From the NCBI GenBank assembly GCA_051294905.1, contig CM119372.1:13518001-13578000 (forward strand): DNA of 60,000 nucleotides, written 5' to 3'. The notes below the pieces were generated by a model. The model was not told where the DNA came from. It made no database searches and saw only the letters and a program-made list of their open reading frames with translations. The position numbers and the translations under genes are program-made. Source of the stretch: Botryllus schlosseri (taxonomy: Eukaryota). Positions 46,201-58,877 of this stretch are shown piece by piece (within the stretch, counting starts at the first letter, position 1; each line of letters opens with the position of its first letter).

Positions 46201-49200
46201 CCGTTCTTTTTCTTCGGGACGTTCTTGGAGTGTGTCTCCTACCTGCTCGTATCCGCGATCATCCGGTGTTTCCAATGCTGCTGTGAATGCCGCGTCTGCT
46301 TGGACAGGAGAGGTTAGTGATTCGATTGCGGGATTCGTCACTTTTGGTCGGGTATCTTCAGAATTTGTGACTTCGGTGTTGCTAGGATTTGATTCCGATC
46401 CTCCTGAAGGCATCTCTTGAACGACACGATCTTGGACGCTTTTCGGTTTGCGAAGACTTCCAACTCTGGTCTGTGAATATACGGAATAAATGTAGAAACA
46501 GATTCAAAGGGACGAGTTCGATCTATGCGGATATTACAAGTGTTCAATCACCCACATATTTAGGTTTCAACGGTACGGCGAGAATATTCCAGCTAAATAC
46601 CTACCACATTTGGAGGAGGACGCTGTATGCTTTCACTTTCTTCTTTCACGTCGGTCTCCGTTTTTGGACTTTTCTTCTTAGAACTGAGCCTGCGTAGAAT
46701 GGAGCCCTTCCTCCTGTACGAAAAATTTGATTGTCATCTCTTGCTAAACACGAGCTTTGATCGATAGGCTTATACATGAAAAGAACTCCTTATGTAGCTG
46801 ATGATCCAGGATACAACAGCTGCTACAGAAAATTTCAGCCGCGAGTCGCCAAGGCAGCCAGACCAAAAAAGGAGTGAAAACATGAGGTATCGCCACTATA
46901 AGTGTCACAGGGTGCAGTGTAAATAACTACTACATACCAACAACGTGTATTGTATATCAACGAGTGTATAGGGTCAAGTCACCGGTCAAGTCATTAAGTC
47001 ATTTCAAATAATCATGTTCCACGGAAACGGTAGGCCTACTCGTTGAATAAATTTATACATTGTTATAATGATATTATATTACCAGCTAAGGCTGGGTTGG
47101 GCAAACTACGTCCCGCAACAACATTTTGTGCGGCCCTCGAAAGCCCGGAGAAGCGTTATGAAATTGTTGAAAGTATTAGAAGTAAAATTCGAATGAATCC
47201 CACGACTAGTATAACCAAGACAATGCAAACGATCTAAAAATCCAACCTCTACAGTACACCCAACTGCTATTGTGGACGGCTATACCTTGTCCTGGATATT
47301 GTCATTTTTGACCACACCGCGTTACTCTTAAAAATTACACGATTCATCGATATTACGTAGATTATGGTTACCATATATTGGAATCGGGAAAGGAGGACAC
47401 CTTTTCAAAATTTTCTTACTCAGAATCTCGGAGGTAAATCTTGAAAAATGGTTTTTCCCACTTCGCGATCGGTTGACTAAAAAAGGTCATCTTTCCGGCT
47501 CAGCTATCGAAATAGCCACCGGATCGTTACTTCAGTGATGATTTACTGTATCTCAGTCGAATTTGGCATCATATTTAACCAAGATCATCAAAAAAGAGGA
47601 CAAACTCTCAAAAAGGAGGACATTTAGGCGTCCTCGGAGGACATTTTCAAAAACCTGAAAAAGGAGGACAAATCTTCCTAAAGGAGGACGTATGGGTAGT
47701 CTTAACGTAGATGGGATCGCAGGTGAAATTGCGGAAGAAGTGCAAGCTGAAAGGACTATATCCAGAAAACATGAGATGTACTCGAATTCCCGCGTTTTGA
47801 TTGGGGATTCGTTCCGAACGCCTTAATTATTTTTTGGACCGATCCGGGAGAGCCCCCGACCCGAATTCCTAGTCTGAGTCTTAAATTTTCGTACCCAAGT
47901 CCACTTCCCAGCTACCTGAATGGTCGAAACAAAAACAAACAAAAACGCGATCGCTGGTATGGTACAGTGTAAGAAACTTTTTGATGAACTTACTTTTTCC
48001 GCTTATCGGAATCTTTATCCCCAACGCGGTAAAATATATGATGGCCTACGGCATTCTTCCACATGAGTTGAACCTGGTCCTGTGAACCAAATATAAATGA
48101 CTTCTTTAACCTCGGATCCCCATTTGGTGGTGCCTTTAGAAGTTTTATCTTGAATTTATTATTTTTGTGAACAATGTTTTTTATCCGAGACCAGGTGTGT
48201 AGAACAGGGATTTGACCTTTGCGATTTTCAACTACGCCCTTCGAGGATATTCCAATCAAAATATCGCTTCCCGACTTTTCCTTGCCGGCGTAAAAGTGCA
48301 CGCCGTAAAGTCTCAGAGAAGCGGCAGTTAAGAGAAATTCTCTTTCCGCATCAGCACTCGACAGACCATCATTGATTTGGCATAATGACAAAACGCGATC
48401 TACGAATTCGGGATTTGATACTTCGTTGTGGATCTTCGCAATATCCATCACGCAAAGTTTTACAGTTTCCACGGAAATATCTGATCGGTCGCACTCTGAC
48501 TTCTGCCAATATGCGATCAGACTGGCAAGTTTGTCGACTGAGCATTCCAAATGCACACCTAGATCTTGACGAATCTGTAGACATATTTGATATCTGTCGA
48601 GACAAAATACACGTGAATCAACAAGCTGCTACTAACTGGCTGGCTTTCGGGAAACATTTCCTACCATGGTGACACCACGCATGAAGTCAATTGACAAAGT
48701 ATTGAAGGTAGACACTATCGTGATACAACATAGAGAACTTATATCCACAAATGATGCTGTGTGCTCTCATATATAAATTTTTTCATGACAGGGGGTGCAC
48801 TTACAACGAACAAGAGGTTTTGTGATCACTGATCAGGATAAGTTAATCACATATCAATATCAGAGACTTATCATATCGCGAAATGCAATTTGTTTAATGT
48901 GTAGGCCACGCTCGGGAGGGAATTGAGCATATGGGCGCAGGGATAGGAGTTGTAGATCAAGGATTTATAGAATATATATCGTTGATATGATTCGTTGCTA
49001 TTTCAATATTAAATGCTCATTGTTCACTGCTGCTACTGTGAAGTATGTGATTGTGAGGAAACAAAACAATGATTTGGCGAGCCGGCGGGTTTATAATCAC
49101 AACGATGTAGCCTACTGTGGAGCAATGTTCCCTCTAAGCTGCGCACGTGCGCAAATGCGCAGTGCTGAGACTGTCTCTGCGCACAGAAAATCTATGTTGC

Positions 49201-52200
49201 GCACAAAAAAGCCAAAGTGATGACCATTTTTTAGTTGTTACGCACTGTTGTCCAAGGGTCAGCGCAGAGAGTTGGTGAGTGTGCGCAGATTCGTCAAAAA
49301 TAAGAAGGAACATTGCTATGGAGCCGTCTCACAATGGGGGTTCTTTGTCGAAATTTTATCTTAACCTATTTTGAATGAATCTATTCCAATTATCGACCAA
49401 TTCCAAGAAGGATAAAACTTCTATCCCCTCACTGCTAAGCGTCAGTGTGTCAGTCCAAGACCGTGGCAAACAGATCAACCGACGGCACAATTAGTGGTTT
49501 ACACGCAGTAGGCCTACGCCACTCGGCCGAAGAGTTTGATATGAAGAGCTCCTTAGAGTTGTTTCATGATGTTCTAAAATAAGGGTATCGTAGACCATGG
49601 TATACGATCACCATTGATTACGAATCACTTATTCTACAGTCTATAATGGGTGAAATTTGTCCTTCATGGCAACAGTAAACCCGATGGGAAATCAATTTGA
49701 CGTCGATTGCAATTGCGCACAAGTGTGGATGAAACCCGTGCAGTTTACAGTACCGTAGCTAGGAGGGTGAAAACCACGACTTGGGTACATATGGTCACAT
49801 TCCATCTCCGTGAATCTGCGACATAACGTCATTATTGAAAAAATTCACCTCTAGAATATCTGTCATGGCTAATTGGCTATGCCTACGACGTGTGTGGGAT
49901 GCTGAATGCCGTGAATACTCGCGGTTATATTCGTCATCAAATATTTTTCCATTCCGAGTTAACCTTTGAATTGATAGCCCCGGCTGCATGTATATTATGT
50001 AGATACTTCATTCCGACTAGCATACTACGAATAGTTGACAGACGCTATCCATAGGTTCATGTTACTGGTGTATCTAGCTATTGGATAATACCGATCACAT
50101 AAAGACAATAAGCCCTCCAAGCGATACAATAGCATAAAACTAGACTAGGACCAAGGAATTTACAGATAGCTTATACTTTGTTATGCATTGATTGATTGAA
50201 TAGGGAAGTTATGATACTGTTGGTTTGGAAAGAGTAACAAACGCTGCCCAGTGCCCATTGAGGACAATTGGACGATCGTCGAGCACATTTCAGCACATAC
50301 CTAGTGATTTCTTCTTTCACTAGTGCGGGATCGCTTGGGTAAAATTTCACTGCGAGTCTGAAATCCAGTTTCTCTTTCCTGAGAAGAATAAATCAGGATG
50401 GTTATGCTACAGTTTTATAAAATATATTGATCACAGAACCACGGTGCCATCATGAAGCTTGTGTATGACGCAAAATCAGTTGATGTGACTTAGCCTGTAT
50501 ACTATATCCTGTAAACGTAACCAACTATACGTGATGACACAGTTTATGTAGTTCTTACCTTAACAGGTGTACACGAAATTAAGTTACGTATTGGAATCTT
50601 CAAATAACCACCTACTATTTAGGTTAGGATAACTATATATATCCATACTATTTAATGTCCTAAATACATGCAATAGACATTGTTTTGAAAATCATATTCC
50701 ATTTCGATTACAGCGAAGTCAGTATTTTATAGTTTCTTTATCGTAGTTTTACCATATTTTGGAAATGTGAAAAGAGGACACTTTTTCAAAATTTCAGAGT
50801 TACAATACTGGAGTGAAATCCGGAAAAAGCGGTAAATTTTTCCCGACTTTGTAGTCGCTTGACTAAAAAAGGTCATTTTTTCGACTCAAAGTCCGAATTT
50901 CCGGTTTTCTATGAGTTTTTTCGTAGGTTGACTAAAGAAAGGTCAACTTTCCGACTCAACTCCCGAAATAGGCTACCCGTCAGAACATTACTTCAGTACT
51001 GACTTCCTATATCTCAGTCGAATTTTCACCTATATTTAACCCGAATTTTCAAAAAAGAGGACAAATTCTCAAAAAAGAGGACATTTCGGCGTCCTCCGAG
51101 GACACTTTCAAAAAAGTCAAAAAAGAGGACAAATCCTCTTAAAAGGGGACGTAGGCTATGGTAATCCTACTTTATCGATGTCACATATTCCGAATGACGT
51201 TCGGAGTAAATTGACGATTTTCATATCATTAATGACGTGATTAATATAAATTGGAATTTATTAATATTTACTATTATTCTCTGCAAAATATATGCATTCA
51301 TAGTTAAATTTACGGCTGCATTTAAAACAATAATCTATTTAAAACAAATATGATTAAAACAAGGCCCTTGTTTAAAACATGTTTTTTTTAACCCGTGATG
51401 TCACAAATATTCAATTGGGACGTTATAGTCGATTGACACTGACAATTGAAAATATAGGGCAACTATATCTGCTTTGACGAAATAGGTTTCCAGCCCCAGT
51501 CATATATACGGACCGAGAATATTCTTAACCAGGACTACATCGTTATGCAGCATTTTTACGGTCGGCGGTCATCATCATCAGAACATTCCTTTTGAACCAA
51601 TGATCTATATCTACGTAATATAGCTGTTGAGCAGACTATTTCGAGGGTTCCAACCATTCCATATCGTGTACGTCGGCTATATCGGGTGTAAATCGTCCGT
51701 AGGCTCATACAACATGTTTTTTGTAAAGTATTTAGATAATTGTGGAATAATTATAGAACTTGAAAAAAATTTAAAAGTGCCTTTGTTTTGAATGCAACCC
51801 AGTTACAGTATTGTGGTGAAGTATTCGTGAACAAATTTGACGCTATAATTCTACCGTTATTTTTCAAGGCCAATATTCTAAGTGGAAGCAATGTATAAAT
51901 GATGTGATTGATTGTGAATAATCGTAATCAGCACCTTTTCTTGTCATCGTATCATGTGATAGTATGACCTTGAAAACTGAACATTTTATAATGTGAATTC
52001 GGCTCGTGTAGGCGTAAGATCGCCGGGTGGGGATGATCATGGATTGACTTAAAATTAAGTAGTTGAGGTTTTCGATCCTTCAACACAAGGACACTTGCGG
52101 CATCGAGTGAATCCATCGCCGACTTTAAAATAGGCCTTCAATAATTCGGAAGTTCAGAAATCAGCGGCACACATGCAAAATACAGTCTAATGACCGTCTA

Positions 52201-52745
52201 TGACGAAACGCGATACGCAGTCAAGCATACACAAAAACTAATGAGATAACGCATTTCAATAAGACGTTTCCATCCTTCCTGAATCTGGTCTAGATTATGT
52301 GCAAGTCTGCCTATTTGAGGCAATGTATGTAAGAAGCCTCGCCCTGCTCAATGCAGTACACATTCTGTAAAAAGTCGGTGAAGTGTTGCAATGGAATTTA
52401 ATCTAGAAATTTCTTCCGTGTTCCAATATGAGTAAAACGTCAAGGCAATTATTCCTGACTTAGGTCTATATTTATTTCAAATCGGGATTAGGTAAGTCGA
52501 CTCCATAATTTCAATGATGAATGCACAGATACATACTTATTTACTTGCTTTAGTACTTTCTTCTCTAAATTTAGCCAGCATTTTTGGAATTGCGATTCTT
52601 TACAGATCAGTCCGAAGTAATCCTTTTCAACCACATCGATATGATCGCACACATCGTCGAATAACTTTGAACCTTTCGTGCTTTTACTAATTTCGAACTC
52701 CGACTCTGATCCGTCCAAAAGCCGGACGCGGCAACTCAGACTCAT
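43090..52745 (-). CDS. Band 4.1/EPB41-like FERM-domain protein with a long acidic tail, 6 coding exons, ~1332 aa
   Basis: complement(join(52537-52745,50301-50378,47994-48593,46605-46713,43579-46470,43090-43200)). GT-AG introns, consistent phases. FERM motifs CRVRLLDG, EKDYFGL, VKFYPSDP..KEEITRY, AEREFL, LYGVHF, WKNAVGHHIFYR. Confidence 0.88.
43579..46470 (-). CDS. FERM gene giant exon (964 codons, acidic, probably disordered)
   Basis: Covers the 949-aa ORF. Acceptor ttcacag|ACC, donor AAG|gtaaat. Confidence 0.88.
46605..46713 (-). CDS. FERM gene exon 4 (FERM-adjacent)
   Basis: RKGSILRRLSSKK...IQRPPPNV. Phases 2/0 fit the neighbours. Confidence 0.8.
47363..47704 (+). mobile_element. TAGGGTTACCATA-family MITE
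   Basis: Perfect TSD ACGTAGAT and GAGGACA repeats. Confidence 0.88.
47994..48593 (-). CDS. FERM gene exon 3 (F2 and F3 lobes)
   Basis: YQICLQIRQDL...GLSSADAEREFL...LYGVHF...HHIFYR. Confidence 0.92.
49123..49315. mobile_element. Short hAT MITE with GCGCA repeats
   Basis: TIR CAATGTTCCCTCT / AGAAGGAACATTG. TSD CTGTGGAG/CTATGGAG. Confidence 0.8.
50301..50378 (-). CDS. FERM gene exon 2
   Basis: KEKLDFRLAVKFYPSDPALVKEEITR (not in the ORF track). Confidence 0.92.
   Translation of the reverse strand, partial: ERETGFQTRSEILPKRSRTSERRNH
50744..51169 (+). mobile_element. TAGGGTTACCATA-family MITE
   Basis: Perfect TSD CTTTATCG. Confidence 0.88.
52537..52745 (-). CDS. FERM gene first coding exon (F1 lobe)
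   Basis: gcagccATG with an in-frame upstream stop, MSLSCRVRLLDG...WLNLEKKVLKQV, donor gtatgt. The acceptor at 52774-52775 implies an upstream non-coding exon or a trans-splice site. Confidence 0.92.
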
Positions 52746-54205
52746 GGCTGCAAGCCACGCGAATTACCAAGATCTGTACACGAGAAGATATTTGTTTATA
52801 CTACCCAATAAGACATGACATAGAGTACTGCCCGAACATGTCAATCATCAGATAGACACATAGACCTACAGCACTAGCAGACACACTTGGACACACATAT
52901 TTGAATTCGAAATGACGCAATCATGTAATTATGGATATTTGATTGTAGATGCATTCTTCAATGCTATTTCCTACCGTGATCCTGTACATGTACACTGTAC
53001 GTGCAGCCGTATTATTGTTCACGCTTTCATAATAGTGGCGGGGTTGATAAATTATTTATTAAATGGTACTGATAATATTTTTCTTTTCTATCTGGAATTC
53101 ACTACTCTCGCTTTCCTTAACTTCAACGATAGCTCACTCCTTGGCATCAATTCTACAAACAAAAACGACGTACGATTGTACGGGTATAACTGTGCAGGTG
53201 CAATGTGCATACGATCGCCTTCGCCAGTATTGGTAATAATGAATGATGAAAATCACATCACAATGATGCATCCGTTTAGGATCGGTAAGTAAACAAATAT
53301 CGAACTCTCTGAATATAAGGGACATTTCGTTACTGGCCAGTCCCATCGACTTATGCCAGTAAGGTCATATTGCGTTTGCTATTATTCTGCTTAGTAGAGA
53401 GACGCGCGCACGCTTTGTTCGTAGCGTTCACCGACCTTTTGTCATTTATCGATATGATTAATTTAATTTATATGAGCTTTATTGGCTGGTATCACCCACA
53501 AGCGAATGTGGAGACAATTCCAATAGAATCACACGTGTTACAAGTAAACTACCCTTTGTGAGTTACGAACCGGATACTAATAAATTGAACACGCCAGGGA
53601 ATCTGGCCACAATATACATTGCAGTGGTGGCGTTTGTAAATGAGTCCGAAGAGAATTAGAGGCAAAATGAAAATTTCAAAAGTTGTGGGCTCATGACACA
53701 CGGAATTGTGATTGATTCACAATACATAAGCCGACGATTTGGTGTGGACCAGAGGTCTCAAACTCAAATGTGCTCGCGGGCCAATTTCCTAATATGTGAT
53801 GATCCGCGGGCCGCAGCATCAATAAATATGGGTATTCAATCTATAATATCCAAGTATAGGCCTTATTTAACGGCACTTGCAGACAGGCATTCCACAACCA
53901 TCGAGAAAATGCTATTCACGCTTGGCACGAACAAATCACATTTTCAAATATTTGAAAAAATAGTTTTTGTGCCGGGCATAATTTGTTAGAAATAATGAGT
54001 TAAGACATCATGCGAGATGACGCATGATGATATCGTAAAAGCTGTCGGGTTGTAATATTGCCGCTATTGGACCTTTGAAATGCCACAATTTTATGTAGAA
54101 TATTTTAGAATTCACTAAAGATTGATCTGATATCAGAGCATGTGAGCGGTGTAGCCTAATCGGGGTTTCTGATATACTCGGGATAAGTATAGGCTATTGT
54201 TACTG

Positions 54206-56934
54206 CGGGACCTACGATACTTACGGCCTAATATGGCACATTACACTTGCAGGATATACGAGGCCGACACTCCCAAACAGACATCACGATTGACTCAGCG
54301 ATTGTTTTACTTTGCTGGTCGAAACTACTAAATGCCTCCCATCTTGAAGCGAAATGCACTCATTTCACTCTGTGAGATCTAGCTAGACGGTTGCATCTGT
54401 TTATATGCTGCTGTATTGACCGTCTTATACTTATAATACAAGGTAGGCTACTGTGGAGTTGCGATTGCGCTATTCACATTTTGAGGCAAGGTTTTCGAGC
54501 TATAGTCGCTAAGTTAGAATTATTATTTAATGATGTCACGATCAGCTATTACCGTAGTAACAACTCTGTACGATTGCAGTGAAGGTATGTTCAGGAGCCG
54601 TTTTGACCATCCGGTAGCATCTAGGTAGGTAATTCTGTATAGCTGGAAATAATACTTCATGTTGCACTAGTTGCAGTATTAAACAAACTAATATCGGCTA
54701 GAATTCATGGTGGTATTTTATGCGGCATTTATGACAGTGAATTTTGACATATTATATGTATGTTTGACGATGCAGGCTTGGCTTAATGTATAATTGAACG
54801 TTAATGGTCAACAAATGTTGTGTTTATGGCTGTAAATCTGGATATTTAACTACTGAACAAAAAGTTTTGTCGTTTCACTTTCCATTTGACGATGCGGAGT
54901 TACAAAACAAATGGATATCTTTTGTGAATTGGCGCGATTGGAAACCAACTCTCAATTCTGTAATCTGTGAATTGCACTTTGAATCAAAGTACATCACCGA
55001 CTCATGCTTGCGAAAACGACTACGTTTGGAGGAAAAACCAGTCCTAGTGAAGGCACTGCCAGAGACCGAAATTACAGGAACTTGGTTAGCAGAGGAATTG
55101 CTGGATTGCATTGCTACTCTCAATCGGCATGGATTTGCCGTTCGAGGACTTGTGTCGGATAATCATTCTTCCAATGTAAAAGCATTTGGATTAATGAGAC
55201 AAAAATACCCTGGAAATGATGAGTTCTGTTTTCATCATTCATCCTACGCCAAGAAAACATATATATTTTTCGATACTGTACAGTGTACATCTTGTAAAGA
55301 GCATATGAAAAAATTTACTCCGAGCCAAGAAATTCATTTTTTCTCGATTCTCATTCATCATCGCCTGGTGCATTCGTTGCATGGGGCGATCTTCACAAGA
55401 TCAGGGAATATGATGATAAGCTGGATTCGAATTTGTGTAAAGCGCCAAAATTGACATTTTTGCCTCATTGCATCCAAGCAATATCAAACAGAATGTCAAC
55501 TTAGCTCTTGCTCCATTCCATGAGTCAACTATTGCAGCTTGCAAAAGTTGCTTGCCTCACAGGGAAGATATGTCTTCATTTTTGAGTCTTACTAATGCTT
55601 GGTGGACACTGGACTGTGGACAATCATCAATTTCTGTCCCATATTTTCGGCAAACCCCTAGGCCAAAGCAGTGGTCTCACAAGATGCAAAAATGGATTCT
55701 TTACAAGACTGTGCTAATTGGCTTGTAAAATGGAATGGATATAACCCCCAGAACTATTGTCTATCAACTGTCAAAGCAAACCTTGAAAGCTCCGATTGAA
55801 ACCCTGCAGCTCAGTCACTACTTATGAAAGATCCGTTTGAAAGAAGGTTCTCGTGCTATAGGCAAATGAGTGGGGGAGATTTCTGATGGGTTTAACAGAA
55901 GTTACCAATTTTGAAAAGATAATTCTGCTTCGTTTCATCCCAAAAATTGAGGTAAACTACTGGGAGCATGATATTGGTGTTTCAGGTTTAACTCATTTTG
56001 ATCATTTCAAACAAGTGATTGCAGATGTGGCGATTGAAATTACCGAATCAATTCTATCTCCTGACAACGAGGAGGTGTCGTATGTTGTGGCTGGGTACAT
56101 TGGTAAGAAGGTCCTCGAAAAATTGTCTTGTCAAATATGTTATGAGTCCTTTTTTGATGAGTCCTGTGGCGCAAGTTCACGTTATTTCGACTTGCTCGGT
56201 CGTGGGGGGCTGCTTGCTCCCTCAGAACCACTCGCCAAGTTTGTTGCATCCAGTTTTTCAATCCTAGATGGTCTGATAAAATCATCTGCTCTCACCCCCA
56301 AGTCGCCGTGAGAGAAGCTGGTCAATATGTTTTGCATCGTTTGGGGGGGGGGACCTCAAGTCTTGCATGCTGTGATCATCGAGATCGAGCTTTAAAATTG
56401 GCGGGCAAAATCATTGTTAACATATATTATAATAACAAGCAGAAGCTGGTAAATGCCTCTGTGAGAAGAGATGCTGTGGAGGACTTTAAATAGCGGCAGT
56501 TGAGCAAGACGTAGTTTACTTACTGCAGTAATTCATTTCACTTGCAGAACTTCTATGGCTAAGCTTCACGTATGTGTTTCAGAGTAGTTCCAAATGATTG
56601 AATTTCATTTTCACGTGCTTGAATTCGTTTTACCATGCTGTTAAATGCTTTTACATGCCCAAGTTGGGGATTCTCGTTACATTGTCTTCTTGTGTGTTGG
56701 TGGATAAATACATTGCGATGCTGTTACTTGGCTCTTAATTGGGTTGTTTCATCTGAAAGTACTAATTTTGCCTGTTATAAGACTTTATTAGACTTGTATG
56801 GCGAGGCGTCTGGTATCGAGAAGTGAAATCGCAAGCAATCATTGAGTCAGTCGTGATGTCTGTTTGGGAGTATCGGCCTCTTATATCCTGCAAGTGTAAT
56901 GTGTCATATTAGGCCGTAAGTATCGTAGGCCCCG
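54206..56934 (+). mobile_element. Internally deleted P-superfamily (THAP9-like) DNA transposon
   Basis: ~100-bp TIRs starting CGGG(A/G)CCTACGATACTTACGGCC. 7-bp TSD GTTACTG. Confidence 0.9.
54804..56514 (+). pseudogene. P-element/THAP9-like transposase, frameshifted
   Basis: THAP domain (CCVYGC...FP...W...ICELHF), GFAVRGLVSDNHSSN, YIFFDTV, KQNVNLAL, DPFERRFSCYRQMSGG, VAGYI...CQIC...GGLLAPS, spread over several frames. Confidence 0.85.
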
Positions 56935-57044
56935 GTTACTGTCATTGTCAAAGTCAAATTAAACCAGCGTAAGGTTTTCTTCGATTAATATTGGAACAGA
57001 TCAATAACAACTTAAATATAATCATTAATGTTCCATAGTAATAG

Positions 57045-57322
57045 CATTGTTTCTTAACCGTTTTAGCGATCGTACCCCTTGTACTTTCAATTAGATTTCC
57101 ATTGACCGGTGTCGATTTTCAACACAATTTCTGATGGGACCTATAAAAATCACAAAGCCCATTCACACAAAACCGCACGTAACGCGAAGATTATTTTCCA
57201 GTTGAATAAATTAGCCCAGAAAATATTCCACAGCATATAGGCCAATTTCCATAATGCATCTGGTGCCCCCTATGGTGCTTTGTACCCCGAAGGGGATACG
57301 GACCCCTGGTTAAGAACCCCTG
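57045..57322. mobile_element. Short Charlie-like MITE
   Basis: TIR CATTGTTTCTTAACC / GGTTAAGAACCCCTG. TSD not exact. Confidence 0.6.
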
Positions 57323-58877
57323 GTATAGAAATGACTAATCGCGCGAAAATCCATTGGTGTTACAGCTGTGGAGCGTACCACTACCTTACTCGCCGCCGAT
57401 AATAACATGGACAGAGAGAACAAACAACATCCAGGATGTAACCAAATATACGTCACGGGGCCACAGAATGCCAATGGTTTCCATACAGACCTGATTAGAT
57501 TTCTTTATTCTATATACCCTACGCAACGCAAGCTACGGCCTTTTGATATATTACTATTCCCCACGACAACTTCCTAGATTTTTGCGTCCGTAGGATTGCC
57601 AAGTCACTATTCCGCGACGAAAGTCCTTCTCTGATTTTAACGTTCTACCCTACTCAACTCGAGTCATTTTTAGTTTATCACTCAGTTAATCCAAAATCGA
57701 GTAATTTGACGAAACGTCGCACCAAACAAAATCACAATTTTCAGTCGCGATTCATCAAACGGTTCATATTTTGTCATCATGAACTTGAAATGTGACGTAA
57801 TAGCGATCTTCCACTGCATGGTAGATTTTAGGAAGCGATGTGATGGTGAAGTTTGTTTAGATTTCAGGTTTTTGTAGTAGTTCTAAGTGAACTTTAAGTT
57901 CCTAAATCTAAAAAAAAAAGATATATGACACTAGAATATATTGTCGAATACTTGAAATTGAAAAATGCCTTCGCGGGCCGCACAAAATGCTCTCGAGGGC
58001 CGCGTGCGGCCCGCGGGCCGCGTGTTTGAGACCTCTGGTGTGGACGATACCATTCACGAGATGCCCAAGTATTGAGATCACAGCAGTACCGGTGCCTAAT
58101 AGTCTTGCAACACATGCACATTGCCCATGCACAGATTACAGCAACCCAACGGCCTCAGGTGAGCCCAGTGAGAATCTAGTGCAGTAGCTTTTAACCGGTG
58201 TTCCAAGGAGCACTATAGGGGCTCCCTGAGCCAGTCTCAGTGGCTCACTGTAGGTCAAGACACACACTCAACTCATTCATATCAATTGTGATGATACGCC
58301 CGTCTTGGCCACCATTGTTTTATTTATATGCAACTTTAAAAAAGTGCATTATGCCATAATTTCGTAAATTCTTTCGTAAAAACATCTAGTATTAGCATAT
58401 ACGGACGATATGCACCCTATATAGTCGATGTATACGATATGGAACGGTTATAACCCTCGAAATTGCCGTCGTTATAGTTACAGTTATAGCACGTAGTTAT
58501 AGATCATTGGTACGAAATGGATGTTCGTATGATGATCACCGCTGACCGTAAAATTGCTGCAGAACGATGTAGACATGGCTAAAGACATTTTGTCGTCCGT
58601 TTAAGACGGGGGTTAGAAGCCTTTTAATTCATATTTACTCGTGAAGTCATGGCTAAAAAAGATACAATTTAAAAAATAAAAACATCTTTTCAACAAGGGC
58701 CATATTTTAGCTACAGTTTCATTTTGGTTGTGGCACATTCTGCATTCGCCGTCCGTGTTTTTCTTCAGAATTCTTTTGCGATGGTATTTTGTAGGAAGCT
58801 ATTGGTCTTATTATTACTATTATTATTGGTGCGTGTCGCCGCATAGGATTGTAATTAATTTCATACTATATATAGGC

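Larger units (their letters stand above)
53750..58037. mobile_element. hAT (Charlie-like) element hosting a P-like transposon
   Basis: TIR CAGAGGTCTCAAAC / GTTTGAGACCTCTG, GCGGGCC subterminal motifs, perfect TSD GTGTGGAC. Confidence 0.88.

Noticed and set aside
43640..46697. Several plus-strand and alternate-frame ORFs
   Set aside because: They are shadows of the long minus-strand exon.
49425..49530. Minus-strand SINE or tRNA fragment (GGCCGAGTGG A-box-like)
   Set aside because: Too degenerate, with no clear B-box.
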